Part shown: piece after piece, positions 1 to 10,603 of the stretch
Position numbering within the stretch: the stretch's first letter is position 1
Layout: every line of letters begins with the position of its first letter
Assembly: GCA_035289625.1 (NCBI GenBank)
Contig: DATDWP010000028.1
Span: 9,840 to 73,839, forward strand
Reading direction: 5' to 3'
Length of the DNA stretch: 64,000 nucleotides
From: an archaeon
Lineage (GTDB): Archaea; Iainarchaeota; Iainarchaeia; Iainarchaeales; Iainarchaeaceae
The notes under the pieces: model-generated
What the model was told of the DNA's origin: nothing
Databases searched by the model: none
The model's input: only the letters and a program-made list of their open reading frames with translations
Program-made: the position numbers and the translations under genes

Positions 1-36
1 TTTATTTACAATTCACTAACAATTGCCCTGCCACTG

Positions 37-465
37 ATGGTCGGATATGGGCTTTTTTTACTATATTCAAATAGCAAAGAGGGCGCATTCAAAGAAACTA
101 TTGAAACTCAAAAACTAGAGGAAGGGATGGTTGTTGATAGCTATATTGTGGAAGATGACGGAAAAATAGAGTATGTAAAGGGGCCTTCAATAAAAACAGT
201 TATAAAGCAGTTAATGGATAATAAGATGGAAAAAGGATTACTTGAAGATTTTAAAATAAAAGGAAAAGTTATAAGCGGCCCGAACCAAGCTGGCGGGATC
301 AGTGAGGAGGATGCAAAAAAAATAAAGGAGGCGGCAAAAAAAGGCCTTGCACCAAAGACAATTGTAATAAAGAAAACAATGGCTTTTGTGCCTGCAATAC
401 TATTCGCCTACATCGCGCTGCAGCTTAGCGGGGATATTTTATGGAACGTTCTTTTTTATCGCTAA
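37..465 (+). CDS. hypothetical protein with C-terminal hydrophobic segment
   Basis: ORF track; no recognisable motif; hydrophobic C-terminus (AFVPAILFAYIALQL). Confidence 0.3.
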   Translation: MVGYGLFLLYSNSKEGAFKETIETQKLEEGMVVDSYIVEDDGKIEYVKGPSIKTVIKQLMDNKMEKGLLEDFKIKGKVISGPNQAGGISEEDAKKIKEAAKKGLAPKTIVIKKTMAFVPAILFAYIALQLSGDILWNVLFYR

Positions 466-965
466 ATTCAAAAGGCCAGGCAACAATTGAATTTTTACTG
501 GTAATGATTGTTGCGCTCACCTACATTATTGTTGTAGTGCAGCCAAATGCCGACATTGCAGGATTTGCAGCAGAGGATGTTGCAAACATTTCAAAATTCA
601 AATTATCAACCGAAAAGCTTGCAAATGCAATACAATATGTTTCGATTTCCGGGCAGGGAACAAAAGAGAGCATGGTGTTCTTTTTACCAATCGGTTCAAC
701 CCTCTCCTGCACATCCCCTGCAAACCAACTCACAATAAATTATCCATTAAGATCAAAAGGCAGCACCGGGTGCTTTAATGATGATGACGCTGCAGGCAAT
801 GATCCTAACAATCTCAAGAACTGTAAAAAAATAATAAACCCCGGTGTTGATTTTAGCTGCACCCCTTCAAGCGGGGTTGGAAGCGCGCAATCAACAAGTT
901 CACGAACATATACAACATATGTGCAAAAAGATAGTGCCGGCACAATCAGCGTGCATTTCACGTGA
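441..965 (+). CDS. archaeal type IV pilin-like protein (class III signal peptide)
   Basis: N-terminus SKG|QATIEFLLVMIVAL resembles the prepilin/archaellin class III signal peptide (K/R-G followed by Q and a hydrophobic helix). Confidence 0.55.
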   Translation: MERSFLSLNSKGQATIEFLLVMIVALTYIIVVVQPNADIAGFAAEDVANISKFKLSTEKLANAIQYVSISGQGTKESMVFFLPIGSTLSCTSPANQLTINYPLRSKGSTGCFNDDDAAGNDPNNLKNCKKIINPGVDFSCTPSSGVGSAQSTSSRTYTTYVQKDSAGTISVHFT

Positions 966-971
966 TATTTT

Positions 972-1337
972 ATGAAAGGGCAGGCTAGCATTGAAATAAT
1001 ATTCATAGTTTCTGTTGCAATAGTTCTCGCATTTTTTGTACTCTCAAAATTTGTATCGGTGCAAGATGATGTATTTGTTTCAGCAGCAATTCGCCAAGAA
1101 CTAATCGGGCAGATTGAAAAACTTGATGCAAAATATGAACTTCAAGAAATCCACAGCAGTATGTGCAGAGCAAACCCACGCGATATAATCAAAGTAGTGA
1201 TTCTAATCCAGCCAACACCTAGCGGCCCTGACCAAAGTACACTAACTAGGACAACTACTGCTGCTGTGCAAAAAGTAACAGGACCTTCAAAGGATGTTAC
1301 AGTAGCATACAATAACCTCGCAGCACTCGCCTGCTAG
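972..1337 (+). CDS. archaeal type IV pilin-like protein (class III signal peptide)
   Basis: N-terminus MKG|QASIEIIFIVSVAIVLAF. Confidence 0.55.
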   Translation: MKGQASIEIIFIVSVAIVLAFFVLSKFVSVQDDVFVSAAIRQELIGQIEKLDAKYELQEIHSSMCRANPRDIIKVVILIQPTPSGPDQSTLTRTTTAAVQKVTGPSKDVTVAYNNLAALAC

Positions 1338-1384
1338 GCTCGTCAATCGTCGAATTTTTAATACTTTTATTTCCTAATCCCTAA

Positions 1385-1732
1385 ATGGAACTGGGGGCAG
1401 TAAAATACGCAAGCCTTGCAATCGGCATAGCTGGCCTTTTACTCTTGGGATTTTTTAGCGGGGAAGAGAACCAAGAAATCAGCAAAATCGGAAAAGAGAG
1501 CATTGGCAAAAAAGTTAATCTTTCAGGAGTTATCAGAAACCTTGAAATAAGAAAAGGAAATGCATTTTTCGAACTAGAAAACCAAGGAAGGCTGCAAGCT
1601 GTTTATTTTGGCCCAAAAAGAGAACAGCTCTTAATTTTACAAAACGGCACAAAAATATCAGTGCAGGGCACAATCTCACTCTACAAAAATAAGCTGCAAA
1701 TAATAGCAAGAAGCGTGGGAAAAATTGATTGA
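1385..1732 (+). CDS. membrane-anchored OB-fold domain protein
   Basis: N-terminal TM helix, then an OB-fold-like (tRNA_anti-like) segment VNLSGVIRNLEIRKGNAFFELEN...ISVQGTISLYKNKLQI. Confidence 0.4.
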   Translation: MELGAVKYASLAIGIAGLLLLGFFSGEENQEISKIGKESIGKKVNLSGVIRNLEIRKGNAFFELENQGRLQAVYFGPKREQLLILQNGTKISVQGTISLYKNKLQIIARSVGKID

Positions 1733-2900
1733 ACAAATAACCTTTGCAATACTTGGAATAATTGCAGGTACAATAACCGGGCTAATTCCGGGAATTCACT
1801 CAAACACTATTGCAATTGCTTCTTTGCACCTTCCATTGCAAAACCCACAAGGGCTTGCAATATTTATTGTCACAATGAGCATTACAAATTCAATTGTGGA
1901 TTCGATCCCCTCAATATTTTTAGGAGCCCCTTCAGAAGAGAGCTCAATAAATCTTCTCCCCGGGCATCGCATGCTGCTTGCAGGCAGAGGACTTGAAGCA
2001 CTCTCACTTTGCACATTTAGTTCACTTTGCACATCACTTTTTTCGCTCCTTCTTTTGCCGATCTTTTTTATAATGGCAACAAATTACACTGAAGAGCTAA
2101 ATTCAGTAATACCTAGCCTAATTGCCCTGACCACTATTCTAATGCTATTGCATGAGAAAAATAAAATAGCGGCTCTCATTGTAATTGCACTCTCAGCTTC
2201 ACTTGGAGTAGTTGCGCTCGGTGCCGGAATTTCCGATCCGCTCTTTGCGCTAATTAGCGGTTTTTTTGGATTTAGCAGCCTTGCAGAATCAATATTTTCA
2301 AAGACAAAAATCCCAATCCAAAAAAAGCAGAGGGCAAGAAAAGAAAAATTGCAAAGCGGTTTTTTGCCGGCTGCAATATCAGGTGCGCTTGCACTATTTC
2401 CCGGAATCGGCCCGGCACAGGCAGCAACAATTGCTGGGGCAGTTTTTTCAAAGCGGTTAAGCGGCAAGGGATATCTTATGCTAACATCAGGAGTAAATAG
2501 CGCAAATTTACTGGTTGGCATTCTAATGCTCTTTGCCCTTGAAAAAAGCAGAACCGGAATGGCTGCATCTATTGCACAAATCATTGAACTTGACAGCACA
2601 ACACTTTTCATTCTCCTTGCCGCTGCAATAAGTGCTGTTGGATTTGCCTGCGCAATAGTTGAAATTCTTGCAAAACCATCAATTGCACTTTTACAAAAAA
2701 TAAATTACCCGCTAGCTAGCGCGGGAATAGCAATATTTCTAATATGCCTTGTTACCCTCTTTTGCGGCCCTCTTGGGCTGCTTGCTAGCATTAGCGCGTG
2801 CGCTATAGGGATTTTTGGGATAAATTCAAAAGTGCAGCGCAGCCAGTGTATGGCATTTTTGCTCCTGCCCACATTTTTAATATATCTTGGAATTGCATAG
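1725..2900 (+). CDS. TctA/DUF112-family polytopic membrane protein
   Basis: Multi-pass hydrophobic protein with MIEQITFAILGIIAGTITGLIPGIHSNT start typical of DUF112/TctA. Confidence 0.45.
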   Translation: MIEQITFAILGIIAGTITGLIPGIHSNTIAIASLHLPLQNPQGLAIFIVTMSITNSIVDSIPSIFLGAPSEESSINLLPGHRMLLAGRGLEALSLCTFSSLCTSLFSLLLLPIFFIMATNYTEELNSVIPSLIALTTILMLLHEKNKIAALIVIALSASLGVVALGAGISDPLFALISGFFGFSSLAESIFSKTKIPIQKKQRARKEKLQSGFLPAAISGALALFPGIGPAQAATIAGAVFSKRLSGKGYLMLTSGVNSANLLVGILMLFALEKSRTGMAASIAQIIELDSTTLFILLAAAISAVGFACAIVEILAKPSIALLQKINYPLASAGIAIFLICLVTLFCGPLGLLASISACAIGIFGINSKVQRSQCMAFLLLPTFLIYLGIA

Positions 2901-3021
2901 ATGCAAACCAAAAAAACAAGCCCTACAACGCCCATAAATGATTTCAAGCCCATAAATTTAGAGGCCGGACAAGTCAGACTAGGCCTAGTAGGTTTGAATG
3001 CCCCATAACTTTTAAATCCGA

Positions 3022-3402
3022 TTGAGAAGTAAATCTTGTATGTACCAAATAAAGCGCCTTACAATTGAATCAATAATAATTGCCGCAAAAAATACCTACC
3101 CACTTGAATTTTTCTCAATGCTTGGTGGAAAAAACAAAACAATCGAAGAACTTGTGGTTGTACCTGCAACTTTTGGGGAAAATTACTCATCATATAGACC
3201 AGATCTAATTCCATTTGACCAGGCAATAATTGGCACAATACACTCCCACCCATCTATCTACAATCACCCATCGGAAGCAGACCTTGATTCATTTGAAAAA
3301 TTCGGGCAAGTGCATCTTATCATCAGCTACCCATACGAATTAAATACGGTCCGCGCTTTTGATAATAAGGGCAAAAAAATCACCCTGAAAGTGATAGAAT
3401 GA
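3022..3402 (+). CDS. JAMM/MPN+ metalloprotease (JAB1/Mov34 family)
   Basis: Perfect JAMM motif H-x-H-x7-S-x2-D (HSHPSIYNHPSEAD) and upstream E (PLEFFSMLGG). Confidence 0.65.
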   Translation: MRSKSCMYQIKRLTIESIIIAAKNTYPLEFFSMLGGKNKTIEELVVVPATFGENYSSYRPDLIPFDQAIIGTIHSHPSIYNHPSEADLDSFEKFGQVHLIISYPYELNTVRAFDNKGKKITLKVIE

Positions 3403-4082
3403 CTAAGCTTGTTCTGGTGCGCCATGGAGAGAGCTTGTGGAATCTTGAAAACAGGTTCACCGGGTGGATCGATATTGACCTATCCGAAAAAGGAATTGAA
3501 GAGTGCAAAAGGTGCGCGCAAATACTTCTCAAAAACAACTACAAATTTGACACAGTTTACACTTCCGTACTAAAAAGGGCAATACATAGCGCCTCGATAA
3601 TACTTGGCACAATGGATCTTAGGGTGCCAATAATTGAAAACTGGCGCTTAAATGAGAGGCACTACGGAGCGCTTGCCGGGCTAAATAAACAAGAGATGCG
3701 GAAAAAACACGGAGAGAACCAGGTCTTTATGTGGAGAAGAAGCTATGACATTGCCCCTCCTGCACTTGGAAAAAATGACCCAAACCCTGCAAAAGACCCA
3801 AGGTATAAATCATTAAAAAAAAGTGAAATACCTCTCACCGAGAGTCTCAAAGATACTGTAGATCGAGTTATACCTTACTGGAAATCTGAACTTGCCCCTG
3901 CCTTAAAGAGCGGAAAGAGCATACTAATTTGTGCCCACGGAAATAGCATTCGCGCGCTAATAAAACATATTGACAAAATTTCAAATGAAGAGATACCAAA
4001 ACTAGAAATCCCCACAGGAAAACCACTTGTATATGAATTTGGGAAAAACCTAAAACCTATAAAACATTACTATCTGGAATAG
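3399..4082 (+). CDS. gpmA: 2,3-bisphosphoglycerate-dependent phosphoglycerate mutase
   Basis: LVRHGESLWNLENRFTGW catalytic His motif and CAHGNSIRAL second His motif; ATGA overlap with upstream JAMM gene. Confidence 0.85.
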   Translation: MTKLVLVRHGESLWNLENRFTGWIDIDLSEKGIEECKRCAQILLKNNYKFDTVYTSVLKRAIHSASIILGTMDLRVPIIENWRLNERHYGALAGLNKQEMRKKHGENQVFMWRRSYDIAPPALGKNDPNPAKDPRYKSLKKSEIPLTESLKDTVDRVIPYWKSELAPALKSGKSILICAHGNSIRALIKHIDKISNEEIPKLEIPTGKPLVYEFGKNLKPIKHYYLE

Positions 4083-4123
4083 CGGCGCAAGCTTTATCAA
4101 TAAGAAAAACCTATAAAGTAAAA

Positions 4124-4534
4124 ATGCACTCAGACGGCCAGACAAGTATTGACCTGCTACTTACATTCATGGTCGCGCTTGTACTTTTCTCATTTCTGAG
4201 CGTACATTTTGATGATCTTAGCTCTCAAATAGAGGAGGAATCAAAAAGAAACTCCGCCAAATCAATACTGCTTGATGCATACGCTACTATAGGATCGGTA
4301 AAAGCGTACTCATTGCGAGATGTGGAGTACACATCCCCCACACTTAAAATTGCCCAAACCCAAGAGTTGCTCAATTGCCGAATAAGCATAAACCCCGGAG
4401 CATCTACACTACAAGTAACATCAACTACACTACCATCACCCGTGGAATACAGAAGCATTGACCTAACAGGCGTGACATTTTCTGCACAAAGTTTTGACTG
4501 CGGCAGCAGAATAACCATAAGCGCAAACACGTGA
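4124..4534 (+). CDS. pilin-like protein with atypical class III signal peptide
   Basis: MHSDG|QTSIDLLLTFMVALVLF; D instead of K/R at -2. Confidence 0.4.
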   Translation: MHSDGQTSIDLLLTFMVALVLFSFLSVHFDDLSSQIEEESKRNSAKSILLDAYATIGSVKAYSLRDVEYTSPTLKIAQTQELLNCRISINPGASTLQVTSTTLPSPVEYRSIDLTGVTFSAQSFDCGSRITISANT

Positions 4535-4538
4535 GACA

Positions 4539-5072
4539 ATGACAAAAATGCAAAAAGGCCAGATATTTTCAATCGATTTTTTGATAGCGGCAACACTCAC
4601 AGTTCTTGCAATTGGCCTTCTTCTCGGATATTATGAAACAGCAGCAACTTATGAAAAAGAAACCAGAATGAAAAATGAGTTCACTGCAATAGCCCTAAAT
4701 GCGAGTTCAATACTACTTGAAAAAAACCCCTGCATTCGAAGCGCTGGATTTAGTTCACAAGGATATAATGTTACTGGCTGCTCTGAGGAGACAAATTTTA
4801 ATAATTTCTCCAAAACGCAGCTCATGATACCTACTGGATTTAATTGCTACATCCACTGGGAAGGCCCTGACCCTTACAATGGGACACTGGGTGGCTGCAA
4901 TCAAACGGACCCCGGGACAACCCCATTAGACATTGTATCAATACAAAGGCCATTTGTCTCCCCACCACTCTCAACCGGCCTAACAAAGGCAGGTTATGAA
5001 AAATGCATTGAGGAAAATAATTGCCAGGATACTTACCTAGAATTCACACTCACGGTGAAAATATGGAAATGA
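4539..5072 (+). CDS. archaeal type IV pilin-like protein
   Basis: MTKMQKG|QIFSIDFLIAATLTVLAIGLLL. Confidence 0.55.
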   Translation: MTKMQKGQIFSIDFLIAATLTVLAIGLLLGYYETAATYEKETRMKNEFTAIALNASSILLEKNPCIRSAGFSSQGYNVTGCSEETNFNNFSKTQLMIPTGFNCYIHWEGPDPYNGTLGGCNQTDPGTTPLDIVSIQRPFVSPPLSTGLTKAGYEKCIEENNCQDTYLEFTLTVKIWK

Positions 5073-5353
5073 AAGGGATAATATTCACAATAGATGCAGG
5101 GCTTGCAATTGCAATAGTGATAATGACACTTGCAGCAATTGCCGCGCTCAGTTTCTCAGGATCTGGCGACGCTGCAACCAAAGGGCTTCTTTTCTACAAA
5201 TCAGCAGATGATGCTGTGCAAAAATATTTAGATAACAGTACTAGACCCGAGCCAGATGTTAGCGGAAACAATGTCCACTGCTATCAATTATACGGATATG
5301 CAGGAGATGGAACTGTCAACGAAAAGGTGGAGATATGCCAAAAAGCGGGATAA
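5063..5353 (+). CDS. archaeal type IV pilin-like protein
   Basis: MEMKG|IIFTIDAGLAIAIVIMTLAAIA; start moved to an internal Met of ORF 5021..5353. Confidence 0.5.
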   Translation: MEMKGIIFTIDAGLAIAIVIMTLAAIAALSFSGSGDAATKGLLFYKSADDAVQKYLDNSTRPEPDVSGNNVHCYQLYGYAGDGTVNEKVEICQKAG

Positions 5354-5856
5354 AGGGAACAATTGCAGCAGTAGTTGCGGCCGGCGCAATGATACTTATC
5401 ATATTCACATTCAATATATCGCTCTCCGGGGAAAATAACAATGAGACATTTACCAAAATACAGCTTGCAAGGGATAATTCCCTAAAAACCGAGAACATAA
5501 TAAGGCTACTTGACAAAGCCACAGCCGACGGATACTACGACAGGTTAGACATTTCATGCAATTCATCAGATTCAAGTCTTGTAAATAGCTATTTCACCCA
5601 AGTAATATCAAATACAACCCAGGGCTCTGTTGGAAAGGAGACATTCAAATGCACATTCACATCAGGCCCTAGTTTTAATGCGCCTAATCTTACGGCAAGC
5701 GGGACACTTGAATGCACATCCAAGATAGGAGACTTTACAACAAAGCATCGCAGGTTTTTTTCATTTGATAAGACTGCGGTCTCTAGTGGTGGAGCGTGCA
5801 CAATAATAGATGCTATCTCAGGATGCATGGAGCAGCCAACATTTAGCTGCCCTTAA
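5335..5856 (+). CDS. pilin-like secreted protein
   Basis: MPKSGIKG|TIAAVVAAGAMILIIF followed by a Cys/Thr-rich mature part. Confidence 0.45.
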   Translation: MPKSGIKGTIAAVVAAGAMILIIFTFNISLSGENNNETFTKIQLARDNSLKTENIIRLLDKATADGYYDRLDISCNSSDSSLVNSYFTQVISNTTQGSVGKETFKCTFTSGPSFNAPNLTASGTLECTSKIGDFTTKHRRFFSFDKTAVSSGGACTIIDAISGCMEQPTFSCP

Positions 5857-7261
5857 ATAATTTTGAAACAATCTTTTGCGACCCTGACCCATACTGCATT
5901 GCCTTCTTCGGTTTCATTGCAATAGAAGATGGGACCCCAAAAAGTACTGCAAGTTCTCTTATGGGGGCTTTTCGCAACCCATCATTTGCAGAAAGAATTT
6001 TTTGTGAAGGCTCAATTGCCATTGCCTTTTGCAAAAAATTTAGTGAGAGCAAAGGAACCCTCAATTCTAGCGAATTTGCAGCAAACACCAAATCATCCCT
6101 ATAAAGATTTCTAGACCACATGCGCATTAGTGAAACCCAAATCTGCTCTTCAACTCCGGTATAGCCCTTCTCTTTGAGAACTGAGAGATAATTTGAGTAA
6201 CCTGCAAATACCTCATCGCTTCCTTGCCCGCAAAAAACTACTTTATAGCCATCTTGCGCAATTCTTTTAGCGCAGGCTAGCTCCGGGACAGCAAGGGCTA
6301 TTTGCATCTCATCAAAAAATGAGAGTATTTTTACCGATTCAAGTGCAAGTTTCTGGATATCTTTTTGCGACATCACAATTTTTACCAATGGAAGGCCTAG
6401 CTCTTTTGCTGCTATTTGCGCGCTTTTTAAATCATAACTCCCTTTAGTTCCTGCAACATAGAGCTTTGTATTTTTTACTTTTTGGGAAACTGCACGCGCA
6501 ACAAGAGACGAATCCACCCCTCCACTAAAAATCACTGCAGCAGACTCTAACCCATCACACTGCATCGCAATTGTTTTTTCAAATTCGTTTTTTAGGGAAT
6601 TGATAGACTGTATTTGCGGAGCTGATTTTTTAAAATCTTCAAGAGTGAAAATTTTTTTAACCTGTAAACCTGACTCTGAAATTTCAAGTACATGTCCCGG
6701 TTCAAGAGGCCGTGGAAATAGGATATCAATTTTCATCAAAGCTGCAGGCTCTGAAGCAAAGGCTGCACAAGAACCATTCTCCCCATACCAGAGCGGCTTA
6801 AATCCCACTGGATCGCGGAATGCGTACAATTTTTTCCCGTGCAAAATTCCAACTGCATACTCTCCAATTGCTTTTTGCATAAATTCCAAAAGCGCAGAAT
6901 CAAAATCAATCTTTAACTTTTCATCAAAAAATCTTGCAATCACCTCTGAATCTGAAACTAGAGGTTTTGCGGAAGGATTCAAATCTTTGTAGTTGTAGAT
7001 CTGGCCATTGTGCGAAATTGAAATATCACCAGAACTAAGTGGTTGGATCCCATATCCGGTAGTTGAGAGAAGGCAATGAGCAAGAGCTAAATTAGAAGAT
7101 GGAAGGGGAAGAAGAGCTTTTGTGGATTTTGCTTTTCTTTGATCATTTGGTGTTTTTATGCCAAATGCTTCTGGGCCTCTGTGCAAAAGGCTGCATATGA
7201 GCTTGTGGGCGAGCATGGGCGCATCCGAGCGCTTTGAATAAACCCCTATAACAGAACACAT
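5843..7261 (-). CDS. asnB: asparagine synthase (glutamine-hydrolysing)
   Basis: N-terminal MCSVIG (class II glutamine amidotransferase Cys2) and PP-loop SGGVDSS. Confidence 0.8.
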   Translation of the reverse strand: MCSVIGVYSKRSDAPMLAHKLICSLLHRGPEAFGIKTPNDQRKAKSTKALLPLPSSNLALAHCLLSTTGYGIQPLSSGDISISHNGQIYNYKDLNPSAKPLVSDSEVIARFFDEKLKIDFDSALLEFMQKAIGEYAVGILHGKKLYAFRDPVGFKPLWYGENGSCAAFASEPAALMKIDILFPRPLEPGHVLEISESGLQVKKIFTLEDFKKSAPQIQSINSLKNEFEKTIAMQCDGLESAAVIFSGGVDSSLVARAVSQKVKNTKLYVAGTKGSYDLKSAQIAAKELGLPLVKIVMSQKDIQKLALESVKILSFFDEMQIALAVPELACAKRIAQDGYKVVFCGQGSDEVFAGYSNYLSVLKEKGYTGVEEQIWVSLMRMWSRNLYRDDLVFAANSLELRVPLLSLNFLQKAMAIEPSQKILSANDGLRKAPIRELAVLFGVPSSIAMKPKKAMQYGSGSQKIVSKLFKGS

Positions 7262-7396
7262 AGAAGTGATTTAGCCTAATAAAGATTTAAGAAATAGAGA
7301 GCAGGCGCAAAAATGATCCATAATCTTTGCGGGGAGTTTAGCAATCTGCCTTAGAAAAACCAAAACACTATATAAAGAAGCCCAAAGAAACAAATT

Positions 7397-7633
7397 ATGA
7401 AAAGAAATATTTACGCTGCCCTACTAATTGGCACAATCCTAATAATCGGAGTATTATACATCGAAGGGGTTTTGGGAAAATTCCCTTCACAAACAGAACA
7501 AAAAATACAAATGCAAATAACATCCGATGCGCTAACCGGGAGCGAAAATACCAGTGCTAATGACTCTGAATCTGCCCACAAACAAATTGAACTAAAAAGC
7601 ACAACTGACCATGAAATTTACTTAAAAACTTAA
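7397..7633 (+). CDS. small membrane protein, hypothetical
   Basis: N-terminal TM helix only. Confidence 0.3.
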   Translation: MKRNIYAALLIGTILIIGVLYIEGVLGKFPSQTEQKIQMQITSDALTGSENTSANDSESAHKQIELKSTTDHEIYLKT

Positions 7634-7702
7634 AAATCCCTAATAGGCCTCTTCAGGGCTTAAGGGACTTCTGTGCTTTGGGTGTTTAGAACAAGGATGC
7701 GG

Positions 7703-9493
7703 CTAAACATTATAGTAATATTCGCCACTTCTTTTTTGCTGCTGGTCTAGTTGCGAACCCGGCTTATTTGCCCGCGGCCTACCCGAGCCCGGATCTCGCC
7801 TATAGGTAATATCCATTCCTCGTAAAAATTTATTCATGCCATCTTGCATTGAAACTGCCCCGGCGGCAAACCCCTCAACAGATGCAATGCCATCAAAAAC
7901 AATCAAGCGATCGCTAACATAATCTTGGAACAAAATGTCATGGTCAACTACCATGCAGATTTTTTTATGGGAATCAACAACCGATCTTATTGTATCTGCC
8001 ATTGCAAGCCTATCTTCAATATCAACAAATGCTGAAGGCTCATCTAGAAGCACCATATCGCTCTGGCGGCACAAAGCTAGCCCTACTGCAACTTTTTGTA
8101 GTTCGCCACCTGATAGTTCAGAGAGATTATGATGGGAAAGATCAGTTAGGGCAAGTCTTCTATCCACTTCGCTTTTGAAAATCCCCCTATCAATATCTTG
8201 AGAATCTATAAAATCCCCAACACTAATTCCTTCTTGCGCGCTAATATATTGCGGTTTATATGAAACCTTAAGGCCCAAATCCACTGAACCGGAATCTGGC
8301 TTTTCAATTCCGGCAAGCATTTTTACAAAAGTGGTTTTGCCAATCCCGTTTGGCCCCAAAATGCCCAAAACCTCAGCTTCGCGTAAATCCCCTGGCTCAA
8401 CATGCAGGGAAAAAGAACCCAAAGTTTTTTTGAGGGCAGGATAGGACCCTATGACGCGCTTTTTTTTATAATCAGTTGAGGGCTTTACTTCAAACTTTAA
8501 TTCTTCACGCCTAAACCTCACGTTCTCATCAGAAACAAAGCCTTCCAAAAATTCATTTATCCCATTTTTTGCGCTCTTCTGATTTGACACTATCCCGTAA
8601 ACAGATTTTTTCCCATATAAAATGTTGATATAATCGCTCAAATAATCAAGAACAGCTAAATCATGCTCTATTACCATGACACCTTTTCCGGCATCGGCTA
8701 GAGATCGAATAAGCTTTGCTGCATTGAGGCGCTCTTTTACATCAAGAAAAGAAGTAGGTTCATCAAAAGCATAAAAATCGGCACTCTTGCACGCGGCTGC
8801 TGCAATTGCAACGCGCTGCAATTCCCCGCCGCTCAAATCTGAAATTTTCCTATGCATGATTTTTTCCAAATTGAGCAACTTAGAAACAGAATCAAGCACC
8901 CCCCTCTCATCCGCCTTTTCTAAAAGCTTCTTGCAAGTACCATCAAAAATCTTTGGAATATCAGTGATATTTTGCGGCTTGTATGAAACCTTCAACTTGG
9001 ATTCTTTCAGTCCAAAAAAATACGCCTGCATCTCTTTTCCGGCAAAATGCGAAATCACAGAATCATAATCTGCATCTTTTTCATAGTGCCCTAAATTAGG
9101 GACAAGCTGGCCTGAGAGGGTTTTTAGAATTGTACTCTTCCCAATCCCATTTCTTCCAATAAGCCCTACAACAGAACCATTTTTTACATAAGGGAGGCGG
9201 TAGATACGAAAATTATTTTCCCCAAACCTGTGCAACATATGTTGCGGCGATAGTTCCTGTACAAGATTTTCAATATAAATGCAATCAACCGGGCATTTTA
9301 TCACACAAATATTGCAGCCAATACAGAGATCTTCTGAAATAATAGGAATAATGCGCTTTTGCTCCTCTAGCCCTTCCGGAAGCGTAATGCACTCCTTTCC
9401 CGCCCTATTTACCGGACAGACGTTTCCGCATATATAATTGCACCCATCGCCGTTAATGCAGCGCTCCTGCTCTAGTACTGCTACCCTAACCAT
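7703..9493 (-). CDS. abcE1: ribosome recycling ATPase ABCE1 (RNase L inhibitor)
   Basis: N-terminal double 4Fe-4S Cys clusters (CINGDGCNYICGNVCP, CIGCNICVIKCP) plus two ABC cassettes (GLIGRNGIGKST, GILGPNGIGKTT, LSGGELQ x2). Confidence 0.9.
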   Translation of the reverse strand: MVRVAVLEQERCINGDGCNYICGNVCPVNRAGKECITLPEGLEEQKRIIPIISEDLCIGCNICVIKCPVDCIYIENLVQELSPQHMLHRFGENNFRIYRLPYVKNGSVVGLIGRNGIGKSTILKTLSGQLVPNLGHYEKDADYDSVISHFAGKEMQAYFFGLKESKLKVSYKPQNITDIPKIFDGTCKKLLEKADERGVLDSVSKLLNLEKIMHRKISDLSGGELQRVAIAAAACKSADFYAFDEPTSFLDVKERLNAAKLIRSLADAGKGVMVIEHDLAVLDYLSDYINILYGKKSVYGIVSNQKSAKNGINEFLEGFVSDENVRFRREELKFEVKPSTDYKKKRVIGSYPALKKTLGSFSLHVEPGDLREAEVLGILGPNGIGKTTFVKMLAGIEKPDSGSVDLGLKVSYKPQYISAQEGISVGDFIDSQDIDRGIFKSEVDRRLALTDLSHHNLSELSGGELQKVAVGLALCRQSDMVLLDEPSAFVDIEDRLAMADTIRSVVDSHKKICMVVDHDILFQDYVSDRLIVFDGIASVEGFAAGAVSMQDGMNKFLRGMDITYRRDPGSGRPRANKPGSQLDQQQKRSGEYYYNV

Positions 9494-9547
9494 GTAGCAA
9501 AAATGCCCCTGGAACCTTTAAAAAAGGCTTTTTGACATTGAATAGGT

Positions 9548-10591
9548 ATGCAAATAGTAAAAATTGACCGCAAAAACCACCAATTTGAGGTAGTCCCACA
9601 TAGCTTTGATGACCTGTGGCATCTTGAAAGACTTATTGAAAAAGGGGACAGGGTTAGCGGGACATCTGAGAGAAAAATCAAACCCAAAGAGGAAGGCGAC
9701 AAACCCTATAAAGAAAAAATATATGTCGAACTCGAGGTTGAAAAAGTAATATTTCACGAATCTACAAACCAACTACGCATACAAGGAACTGTAGTAGCGG
9801 CAAAGCCGGAAGAACTAGTGCCACTAAAATCCCACCACACAATAGAAGCAGAAGTGGGAAAGAGCATCAATGTTACAAAAAAATCACTCAAAAATTTCCA
9901 TGTTGAGCGGCTTCAACGGGCAAAAAATGCAAGTGGGCACGAAAAAGTGCTGCTCGTAATAATGGATGATGAACAGGCTGATTTGGTATTTTTAAAAGAC
10001 ACAGGAATTGATACAAAGGCCAGAATAATTGCACAAAAAGAAGGGAAAATGTTTAAAACCGGCGAAAAAGGGAAAACCAAACCATACTTTGAAGAGCTCT
10101 TAAAAAAAATACTCGATCTTGGCAGCTCAAAAATAGTGGTAGCCGGCCCTGGATTTGAAAGACAGAATTTTGAAAAATTTTTAAAAGAAAAATCCCCCAA
10201 ACTACAGGTAATATTTGAATCTACAAATTCAGTTGGCATTACCGGGATAAATGAACTGGTAAAGGGCGGAAAAATCGACAAAGTTATAGAAGGGTTCCAT
10301 TCAACAGAAGAAGCAAAAGCAGTTGAGCGCGTACTTGCTTCAATCTCACAAGAGATGTGCGCTATTGGACAAAAAGAAGTACTCGAATCTGTACAAGCAG
10401 GGGCGTGCCAGGAAATAGTGATTCTTGAGAGCAAAATGCACCAAAAAAACCAAAATATAGAGAAAATATTAGATAGCGCAGAACAATTTGGCGCAAAAAT
10501 ATTTTTTGTAGCAGATAAAAGCGAACCGGGAAAACAACTGGATGGAATGGGCGCAATTGCAGCGGTTTTGCGCTACCGCAAGAAATGGTGA
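9548..10591 (+). CDS. pelA: Pelota/Dom34 ribosome rescue factor
   Basis: N-terminal MQIVKIDRKNHQFEVVPHSFDDLWHLERLIEKGDRVSG typical of Pelota; eRF1-like central and C-terminal domains. Confidence 0.85.
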   Translation: MQIVKIDRKNHQFEVVPHSFDDLWHLERLIEKGDRVSGTSERKIKPKEEGDKPYKEKIYVELEVEKVIFHESTNQLRIQGTVVAAKPEELVPLKSHHTIEAEVGKSINVTKKSLKNFHVERLQRAKNASGHEKVLLVIMDDEQADLVFLKDTGIDTKARIIAQKEGKMFKTGEKGKTKPYFEELLKKILDLGSSKIVVAGPGFERQNFEKFLKEKSPKLQVIFESTNSVGITGINELVKGGKIDKVIEGFHSTEEAKAVERVLASISQEMCAIGQKEVLESVQAGACQEIVILESKMHQKNQNIEKILDSAEQFGAKIFFVADKSEPGKQLDGMGAIAAVLRYRKKW

Positions 10592-10603
10592 AACGCAAAA
10601 ATA

